Part shown: one piece after another, positions 48,287 through 55,832 of the stretch
Layout: each line of letters opens with the position of its first letter
Position numbering within the stretch: position 1 is the first letter of the stretch
The notes under the pieces: model-generated
What the model saw: only the letters and a program-made list of their open reading frames with translations
Told to the model about the DNA's origin: nothing
Databases searched by the model: none
Program-made: the position numbers and the translations under genes
Assembly (NCBI GenBank): GCA_963702205.1
Contig: OY969724.1
Coordinates: forward strand, 1,952,001 to 2,016,000
Length of the DNA: 64,000 nt
Direction of reading: 5' to 3'
Origin: an uncultured candidate division Zixibacteria bacterium
GTDB taxonomy: Bacteria; Zixibacteria; MSB-5A5; GN15; PGXB01

Positions 48287-49030
48287 ATGCGGTTAATAAA
48301 AGCCGTGGAAAACGAAATTATATATGAGGATAAATGCGTTGCCTATTTTGATATATTAGGATTTAAGTCATTAATTAATAATAGCCAGGATATATCAAAA
48401 AGGATGATAGCACTGATTCGAAATTGCGCAGAGTCGGCATTTGGATCGACGCAAGAAATTTATAGATTATTTAAAGAACATATTTCGATAAAGGCATTTT
48501 CGGATAATTTTTGTATATCAACGGATTATAATCTGCAGAATGTACTGCTGCTAATCCAAAGCCTAGCTTATGTCCAACGATATTTCGCATTAGAAGGAGT
48601 TTTTATTAGAGGAGGATTGTCATTCGGCAAACACTATGAAAATGAGTGGATGATTTTTAGCAAAGGGTTGATAAAATCCTATCAAATAGAAAAATATGAG
48701 GACTATCCAAGAATTGTCGTTGATAATGCATTAATCGAATATATTGAAAATAATAGCCAATACATAATTCAAATGTCTGATAATAAGTACTTTATAGATT
48801 ATTTGTATGATGATCTAGGCGGGAGCGTTTTGTCCGATGAAATATATCTGCCGAATCATAAAAAATCGATCATAAATGCTGTGAAAAATATATCCGATAG
48901 CAAAATACTATTAAAATATGTCTGGCTTGCCAAAAATCATAATAATCGAGTGGACTTTTATAGTAAGGGCGGTATTAATTTGAACGAGTGTAAAATTAAT
49001 ATAGAAGAATTGTTTGTAAATATGTGTTAA
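48287..49030 (+). CDS. AT-rich hypothetical protein, nucleotidyl-cyclase-like fold
   Basis: VAYFDILGFK, AFSDNF, FIRGGLSFG, YPRIVVD, YFIDYL, KYVWL; start uncertain (48287 or 48305). Confidence 0.7.
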   Translation: MRLIKAVENEIIYEDKCVAYFDILGFKSLINNSQDISKRMIALIRNCAESAFGSTQEIYRLFKEHISIKAFSDNFCISTDYNLQNVLLLIQSLAYVQRYFALEGVFIRGGLSFGKHYENEWMIFSKGLIKSYQIEKYEDYPRIVVDNALIEYIENNSQYIIQMSDNKYFIDYLYDDLGGSVLSDEIYLPNHKKSIINAVKNISDSKILLKYVWLAKNHNNRVDFYSKGGINLNECKINIEELFVNMC

Positions 49031-49040
49031 GCAGCAAAGA

Positions 49041-49068
49041 TGTCAGGAGCACAGGGCTCCTGACCTAC
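49041..49068 (-). repeat. GTAG-type REP-like element (inverted partner of 48249)
   Basis: Reverse complement GTAG-GTCAGGAGC-CCTGT-GCTCCTGAC-A, perfect 9-bp stem. Confidence 0.75.
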
Positions 49069-49098
49069 AAGAAAAAAGAGAAATAGAAGAGTAATACA

Positions 49099-50106
49099 AT
49101 GCCGGAAATAGTTGCGAAAGTTTACAGGGGCAAGAGGGAAGAGTCGGTGCATTATGGGTCAATCGCCGTGGTCGACAAAGACGGCCAGTTGACGCACTGT
49201 GTCGGTGATCCGGAGTTCTTTTCGTTCGTGCGTTCGTCGATCAAGCCGTTCCAGATAATTCCGTTTATCGAATCCGGGGCGGCCGATAAGTTCGGTTTCA
49301 CGCCCAAGCAGTTGTCAATAGTGTGCGGGTCGCACGTCGGCTCGAATCATCACCGCGAAGTCGTGCTAAAAAATCTCGAAGCCGCGGGTAATACACCGGA
49401 GAATCTTAAGTGTGGGACGCACGTGCCCATCTATATGACAATGGAGGGCTCGTTTCCGATGCACCACGAAAACGAAGACCCGGTTCGTCACAATTGTTCG
49501 GGCAAGCATTCGGGGTTTCTGGCGCTGACGCGCTTTCTGGGTGAGGACATCGCGGAGTATCTCAATCCCAAATCCAGAACGCAGGAGATGGTGCTCGATG
49601 CGGTCGCGGAGATGTTCGGCTATCCCAAGGAAAAGATTATGATCTCAATCGATGGTTGTTCCGCGCCTAATTTCGGACTGCCGGTGATATATACCGCCCG
49701 GGCGTTTGTCAAACTGGCTAATGCGATTGGAAGCAGCGAAAAACGTATTCAGACGCTTAAGCGAATCAAATCCGCCATGACCGAATACCCGGAGATGTTT
49801 TCCGGCGAGGGGCGGTTCGACCTGGCGCTGATGCGATCGTTTCCCGGCAATATTGTCTGCAAAGGTGGAGCCGAAGCGATACAGGGGATAGGTTTGTCGG
49901 ACCCGCCGATCGGTATCGTGGTGAAGATACACGATGGCAATGCGCGGGCGATATACCCGGTAGTTCTGGAAGTGTTGAAGCAGCTCGGTATCAAAGGCGT
50001 CGATGAGTCGGAGCATTTTAAATCGTTTCTTATACCGGAAATTCGCAATAATATGAATCTTCTGACGGGTTATATAAAAGCCGAATTCAGCTTGAAAAAG
50101 GTATAA
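49099..50106 (+). CDS. L-asparaginase II (Rhizobium etli-type, class 3)
   Basis: ESVHYG, RSSIKPFQ, CGSH, HNCSGKH, DGCSAP, KGGAEA. Confidence 0.9.
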   Translation: MPEIVAKVYRGKREESVHYGSIAVVDKDGQLTHCVGDPEFFSFVRSSIKPFQIIPFIESGAADKFGFTPKQLSIVCGSHVGSNHHREVVLKNLEAAGNTPENLKCGTHVPIYMTMEGSFPMHHENEDPVRHNCSGKHSGFLALTRFLGEDIAEYLNPKSRTQEMVLDAVAEMFGYPKEKIMISIDGCSAPNFGLPVIYTARAFVKLANAIGSSEKRIQTLKRIKSAMTEYPEMFSGEGRFDLALMRSFPGNIVCKGGAEAIQGIGLSDPPIGIVVKIHDGNARAIYPVVLEVLKQLGIKGVDESEHFKSFLIPEIRNNMNLLTGYIKAEFSLKKV

Positions 50107-50156
50107 GTAATCATTACTTTGGAAAGCAGAAAAATTATAACCAAACCGGAGGCACC

Positions 50157-51563
50157 GTGACCAATAAGCGACACCCCGCCGAACCGTTCAGAATAAAATC
50201 AGTCGAGCCGATAAATCTCCTCCAGCGTGAGGAGCGTGAAGCGATTCTCAAAAGCGCCCACTACAATATTTTCAAAATCAAAGCCAAAGAAGTTTTTATT
50301 GACCTTCTAACCGATTCCGGCACGGGAGCGATGTCGATCGAGCAGTGGGCGGCGATCATGCGCGGTGATGAATCCTACGCCGGGGCGCGCTCGTTTTATC
50401 GCCTCGAAGAAACGGTCAAAGATTTGACCGGCAAGAAACATGTCATACCGGTGCATCAGGGCCGGGTGGCGGAGAACGCCTATTTCAGTTCAGTGCTCGA
50501 AAAGGGCGACTATATAGTCAATAATACTCATTTCGATACCACCCGCGCCAACGTCCAGCACAAAGGCGGCCTGCCGATAGACCTGCCGTGTCCGGAATCG
50601 TTGCACGACGATGAAGTGCCGTTCAAGGGTAATATGGATACCGAGCGATTGAAGAGTTTTATCGAAGAAAAAGGCGCCGAGAAAATTAAAGCCGTCTTCA
50701 TGACGGTGACCAATAACTCGATGGGCGGTCAGCCGGTTTCGATGAGCAATATTCGGGAAACATCGCAGATATGCCATAAGTACAATATACCGTTCATGTT
50801 CGACTGCGCGCGCTTCGCGGAGAACGCATGGTTTATCAAGACTCAGGAGCCGGGCTATCAGGACAAGCCGGCTAAGGTGATTGCGCAGGAAATGTTTTCA
50901 TATGTCGACGGCGCCCTCATGTCGGCCAAGAAAGACGGTCTGGCCAATATGGGCGGGTTTATAGTGCTTAACGATGATGAAGTGGCTCGTCGGATTTCGG
51001 AACTGCTGATTGTCATCGAGGGCTTTACCACGTACGGTGGAATGTCCGGACGCGACATCGAAGCTATGGCGGCGGGATTGAAAGAGGTCCTGAACGAAGA
51101 CTACCTGGCGTACCGGGTCGGACAGATAGAATATTTCGGTAAAATTATAGAAGAGGCCGGGGCGCCGATTATCCGACCGACCGGCGGACACGCGATTTTT
51201 ATTGACGCCGGGAAGGTTCTGCCGCATGTGCCTTCCGACCAGTTTCCGGGTCAGGCGCTGACGGTTGAACTTTACCGCGAGGGAGGCGTGCGCGGGGTGG
51301 AGATTGGTTCGCTAATGTTCGGCGGGTATGACCCCAATACCGGGGAGAAGCTGACGGCCAAGAAAGAGCTGGTGCGGCTGGCGGTCCCGCGCCGGGTGTA
51401 TACGGCGAGTCATCTCGAATATGTAGCGGAATCGATAAAGAAGATTGTCGCCAGGAAAGATAAAATCGCGGGGTATAAGATTGCTCGTCAGGCGGCGTAT
51501 CTAAGGCATTTCACGGTGGAGTTGGAGGAAATGGCGGCCTCGGAGATAAAAGCCGCCCGATGA
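50157..51563 (+). CDS. tnaA: Tryptophanase
   Basis: DLLTDSGT, GDESYAG, SAKKD; tryptophanase-type NTHFDTT, VEIGS, LRHFT rather than TPL-type FTTT/ERG/LRFFT. Confidence 0.88.
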   Translation: MTNKRHPAEPFRIKSVEPINLLQREEREAILKSAHYNIFKIKAKEVFIDLLTDSGTGAMSIEQWAAIMRGDESYAGARSFYRLEETVKDLTGKKHVIPVHQGRVAENAYFSSVLEKGDYIVNNTHFDTTRANVQHKGGLPIDLPCPESLHDDEVPFKGNMDTERLKSFIEEKGAEKIKAVFMTVTNNSMGGQPVSMSNIRETSQICHKYNIPFMFDCARFAENAWFIKTQEPGYQDKPAKVIAQEMFSYVDGALMSAKKDGLANMGGFIVLNDDEVARRISELLIVIEGFTTYGGMSGRDIEAMAAGLKEVLNEDYLAYRVGQIEYFGKIIEEAGAPIIRPTGGHAIFIDAGKVLPHVPSDQFPGQALTVELYREGGVRGVEIGSLMFGGYDPNTGEKLTAKKELVRLAVPRRVYTASHLEYVAESIKKIVARKDKIAGYKIARQAAYLRHFTVELEEMAASEIKAAR

Positions 51564-51689
51564 ACATAAAGTGTGAATAAATTTGCGGACTAACGGCCGG
51601 CAATTTTAAACGTATAACATTGCGGAAAAGGAATTAACTCTTTGCCGCAAGAAAACATAGGGCTGGAATCAGATAATACCCTCCAATTT

Positions 51690-51705
51690 TGGCGAAATAA
51701 TTGCA
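51690..51705 (+). promoter_or_regulatory. Possible sigma54 (-24/-12) promoter
   Basis: TGGCGA-AATAA-TTGCA, GG-N10-GC spacing. Confidence 0.35.
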
Positions 51706-51733
51706 ACATAATTTGCTCGGCCGATTAATTAGT

Positions 51734-51762
51734 TTGACAAATTTAACGGAACTTTCTATATT
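51734..51762 (+). promoter_or_regulatory. sigma70-type promoter of the T9SS operon
   Basis: TTGACA-17nt-TATATT. Confidence 0.7.
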
Positions 51763-51784
51763 TTAGCGACTTAAGGACTATAAC

Positions 51785-51895
51785 AGGAGGACCAGGTATC
51801 GAATAATCAGTTAAAGGTGAATTACTTTAGGATGCAATTTTAGAGTATAAGGAATTTATACGGCCCTTTAACTGTAAATTCGGCTTGGTTTCTTC
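51785..51895 (+). ncRNA. Candidate structured RNA / 5' leader upstream of porU
   Basis: Nested stems GGAGGACCAGG/CTTGGTTTCTTC, CGAAT/ATTCG, CAGTTAAAGG/CCTTTAACTG. Confidence 0.4.
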
Positions 51896-51916
51896 GGCCG
51901 GGTTTATGCGGGCCGG

Positions 51917-54900
51917 GTGAAAATGCCCGGTTTTATTATGCCCAAGTTTATAGTCACAGTCGCCGTCCTGATTGTTTTCGGTATCCCCTTCAATCTTATG
52001 GCCTCGTCGTTATACGATGACGTCAATATTGAATCCTCCGACAATACCGGTCTGGCGTTTGACGTTAATTTTAACGATCTCGGCAAATATATAACGTACA
52101 TCGACCAGGATTCGACGGTCGTTTTGGCCAGGAAAATCATTGTCGGTTACCCGGCGGGAACGGTACCAATGATTTCCGGGGTGATCGGTCTCGATGCCAT
52201 GGCGCTTCCCGAAGATGACAATCTGAAAAATATTTCGGCGTCGTCCGATCTGGCTCGTATCGAGGGGTTAGAAAAGATTCGCGGTAAGAATACGGTGACG
52301 GTGGTCGTTTATCCGTATGATGGGGCGTCGTACTATTCGAAAGTCAAAATTGATATTAAATTCGTTTCGTCGGGTGCTCAAAGCGACGAAGCGGCCATAG
52401 CCGCGCCGGACCCCATATTCGACAAGGTGCTCGGTTACCTGGTATTGAATTATGACCGGGCCCGGTTCTGGGGTGAGAGAAATATTTATTCGTCGGTACG
52501 CAGTATTGAGCAATCACCGTTCGACTCGGCCGAGACATGGTACAAGATTCAAACGTCGAATCAGGGCATTATAAAAGTGACGGCGTCGCAATTGCGTTCG
52601 GCCGGGATGCCCTCGAATCCAAACAGCGATTCTCTGCATCTGTTCTATGGCGGCGGGATGCCGCTGGCTGTGAATAACAGCTTGCCGCGCCCGAAGATGA
52701 GGGAAATCCCGATCATGGTTTTCGACGGCGGGGACGGAGTGTTCGCGGGAACCGATTCTTTAATATTTTACGCCGAGGCGGCGCAGCGCTGGCGATATCC
52801 CTCGGATTCGACGCCGTATTTTCTGCAGAATGCCTATACCGATTACAATTGCTATTGGCTGGCGGCTTCGGGTGCCTTCGCCTCGGGCGGTTTGAGGATT
52901 GCAACGGTCGACGGGACGCCGAATAATCCCTCGGCGACGGTGATAGACCGGACCGCACGGTACGTGCATGAAGAAAAAGACAATATATTGTTCATGGCGG
53001 CGGATAATCATGAATATGATTGGTACAACTGGTTTTGGTCGTCGGGCGTCAATTTCGCGATAAGCTCTTATACGCCTGGAGAAGTTTCTGGAGCCGATGC
53101 CGAGATTACGGTCAGGGCGGTCGCGAGAAGTGTCTCGTCGCTGAAAGTCAGCAATGTTTCGGCGGTACCGGTGCAATCGGGTTATAATCGCTTTGTCTTC
53201 AGCACGAACGGTATAACGTCGGATTTTCCGCTTCTGTCGATTATGATGGACAGCGCCTTCTCACCGGCGAAATCGGTGCCTTTTCTTGATTATTTCGATA
53301 TTAAATATACCGGCTATCTCAAGCCGGTAAGTGATGAACTTGATTTTATGGTTAACGAGACCGATGGAACCGGTGAGTTCTGGGTAAACGATAATTTTTC
53401 TCAATCGCCGTACATTTTCGATCTATCTGATCCTTCGCAGCCGACGCTTGTCACCGGGGCACAGTCATCATCGGGGACTTTGTCTTTCCAATACCCGGTC
53501 TCAACGTCGGGGACGAGATTTTATCTGGCGGCACCGTCGAAAAATTACGCTCCCGTCTCGATTGAGAAGGTAACACCGGCCAATTTGAGAGAGAATATGG
53601 CCCAGACCGATTTGATAATAATAAGTCCGAGGAAGTTTTTGGATGCACTGGACGGGTATGTATCGTACAGGTCGGATAAGTCCGGTATCTCGGTCCGGTC
53701 CTTCGCGCTCGAAGATATCATGGATGAGTTTTCGTACGGGCAGTATGACCCGACCGCGATCCGCGATTTCCTGAAATTCGCATACGAAAATTATCCCGAC
53801 CCGAAACCGTCCGCGGCGCTGCTGGTAGGTGACGGCACCTATGACTTCAAGAATCATAAGAACACGGCGGTCAAAAATTATGCGCCGCCATATGTGATGT
53901 CTTATTATGATTCCACTTCGTCCGATGAGAACTACGTCTATTTCGGTAATTACGGTATTCTCGACAGCGATACCACGTACAATCCGGACAATCCCAACGC
54001 CGATCGGGGTTACGATATGATTATTGCGCGCTGGCCGGTACGCAGCACGTCGGAAATTCAGAGTATCGTGGATAAAATAGAAACTTATGAATCAGCCGCC
54101 AATTTCGGGAAATGGCGGACGGTGGTTACGCTGGTGGCCGACGACGAACACGGCGCCACGTCGACCGAGTCCATCCACGTACGGCAGACGGAAAACCTGG
54201 CCAATTTCCACCTGCCGCCGCAATTTTACCGCAACAAAATTTATCTCTGGGATTATCCGGTGGATTATAAAGGCGACAAACCGCAGGTGAACGAAAAGAT
54301 AATCGAGAGTTTCAACCAGGGTTCGTTGGTGGTTAATTACGTGGGACACGGCAATCCCGATACCTGGGCTCACGAACACGTTTTCAATCGTGGTTCGGAC
54401 CTGACTCAACTTCGCAATTCCGACCGCCTGGCGCTGGTATTTACGGCTTCGTGCTCGATCGGATTTTTCGACGATCCCCTGCGGGAGGGTATGGCCGAGG
54501 ACCTGATCCGGCTTCCGGGCGGCGGGGCCATCGCCACGGTGGCGGCCACGCGGCTGGTGTATTCGTCGCAGAATGCCGAATTCAACCGTTATGTTTTCGA
54601 CGTGCTTTTCGGAAACGATGAGCTGTCGATATGCCAGGCGGTTTATATCGGAAAACTGCTGCGGCAGTATAACGGCGGTTATGTGCCGTTCAAACGTGAC
54701 AATGACCGGGCCTATGTGTTTTTCGGCGATCCTTTTCTCAGGCTGGGAATACCGAAGTACGAGGTGGCTTTGAGCGATTATCCCGATACACTGGTGGCTC
54801 TTCAGAAATATGATATTTCGGGATCGGTTGTCGTGAAAGGCAGTGGGGAACCGGTCGAATTTGACGGCGACGTGGATATAACCGTTTATGATTCGGAATT

Positions 54901-55813
54901 AAAGAAACAATATACTGTATATAACGACCAGGGCGTGTTCAACGATTCGGTTACCTACGCCATTACGGGACCGAGAATATACAGCGGCCAAACCGAAGTC
55001 ACGGGCGGCGATTTTGCGTTTTCGTTCATAACACCTTTGGATATAGGCTATGGCGGCAATGGGGCGAAAATTTCGACTTATGCCGCTTCTGATCAGGCCG
55101 ATGCGCTGGGTTTGGCCGATTCACTGGCGGTGGACAAGCAAATATCGGCGTCCACGGATAACTCCGGGCCGGCCATAGACTTCACTTTCTCCGACCGGGA
55201 GAATTTCATCTCCGGCGATAACGTCGGTGCGGGCGAGCCGCTGGTTCTTACGATTTCAGACACATCGGGCATAAATTTGACCTCCGGGGCCGGTCATGGG
55301 ATTACTCTGATAATCGATAATCAACTGGAGGATGTGGTCAATTTAACCGATTTATTTACATATATGTCAGACAGTTACACGATAGGGCGGGCGGTCTATG
55401 ATATTAGCGATCTGGGTCCCGGCGAGCACACTTTCAGTGTCAAAGCCTGGGACAACGCGAATAATTCATCGAAAGTCGATTTTGATGCCGACCTGGTCGA
55501 AGCGGGGCAGATGATAATGACGGATTTATTAAACTACCCGAATCCGATGCACGAATCGACCATTTTCTCGTTCAATCTGTCATCGCCCGCGCAATCGGTT
55601 AGACTGGAGATATTTACGTTATCAGGTAAGAAAATTTTAAGTTATAGCAAAAATTCCGTCCCGGCCGGTTTCCGGGAGTTTTATACCTGGGACGGCCGAG
55701 ACCGGGACCTCGACCGTGTGGCTACCGGAACTTATATTTATAAAGCCACTGCCGTTGCCGAAGCGAACGGCGACAAGGTCGAGTCTTTCGGTAAAGTAGT
55801 CGTAATTAATTAA
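51917..55813 (+). CDS. porU: Type IX secretion sortase PorU (C25 gingipain family)
   Basis: DPTAIRDFLK, LLVGDG, VNYVGHG and TASC dyad, KAWDNANN, C-terminal LNYPNP...WDGRD...GTYIY; directly upstream of porV; exact start uncertain. Confidence 0.9.
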   Translation: MKMPGFIMPKFIVTVAVLIVFGIPFNLMASSLYDDVNIESSDNTGLAFDVNFNDLGKYITYIDQDSTVVLARKIIVGYPAGTVPMISGVIGLDAMALPEDDNLKNISASSDLARIEGLEKIRGKNTVTVVVYPYDGASYYSKVKIDIKFVSSGAQSDEAAIAAPDPIFDKVLGYLVLNYDRARFWGERNIYSSVRSIEQSPFDSAETWYKIQTSNQGIIKVTASQLRSAGMPSNPNSDSLHLFYGGGMPLAVNNSLPRPKMREIPIMVFDGGDGVFAGTDSLIFYAEAAQRWRYPSDSTPYFLQNAYTDYNCYWLAASGAFASGGLRIATVDGTPNNPSATVIDRTARYVHEEKDNILFMAADNHEYDWYNWFWSSGVNFAISSYTPGEVSGADAEITVRAVARSVSSLKVSNVSAVPVQSGYNRFVFSTNGITSDFPLLSIMMDSAFSPAKSVPFLDYFDIKYTGYLKPVSDELDFMVNETDGTGEFWVNDNFSQSPYIFDLSDPSQPTLVTGAQSSSGTLSFQYPVSTSGTRFYLAAPSKNYAPVSIEKVTPANLRENMAQTDLIIISPRKFLDALDGYVSYRSDKSGISVRSFALEDIMDEFSYGQYDPTAIRDFLKFAYENYPDPKPSAALLVGDGTYDFKNHKNTAVKNYAPPYVMSYYDSTSSDENYVYFGNYGILDSDTTYNPDNPNADRGYDMIIARWPVRSTSEIQSIVDKIETYESAANFGKWRTVVTLVADDEHGATSTESIHVRQTENLANFHLPPQFYRNKIYLWDYPVDYKGDKPQVNEKIIESFNQGSLVVNYVGHGNPDTWAHEHVFNRGSDLTQLRNSDRLALVFTASCSIGFFDDPLREGMAEDLIRLPGGGAIATVAATRLVYSSQNAEFNRYVFDVLFGNDELSICQAVYIGKLLRQYNGGYVPFKRDNDRAYVFFGDPFLRLGIPKYEVALSDYPDTLVALQKYDISGSVVVKGSGEPVEFDGDVDITVYDSELKKQYTVYNDQGVFNDSVTYAITGPRIYSGQTEVTGGDFAFSFITPLDIGYGGNGAKISTYAASDQADALGLADSLAVDKQISASTDNSGPAIDFTFSDRENFISGDNVGAGEPLVLTISDTSGINLTSGAGHGITLIIDNQLEDVVNLTDLFTYMSDSYTIGRAVYDISDLGPGEHTFSVKAWDNANNSSKVDFDADLVEAGQMIMTDLLNYPNPMHESTIFSFNLSSPAQSVRLEIFTLSGKKILSYSKNSVPAGFREFYTWDGRDRDLDRVATGTYIYKATAVAEANGDKVESFGKVVVIN

Positions 55814-55832
55814 TCCTTGTGGAGGTTTTATC

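Noticed and set aside
40900..49100. Integron cassette array or CRISPR explanation for the repeats
   Set aside because: No RYYYAAC...GTTRRRY attC cores, no regular repeat-spacer period, no integrase or cas genes
50157..51563. Tyrosine phenol-lyase assignment
   Set aside because: Specificity residues (FDTT, EIG, RHF) are tryptophanase-type
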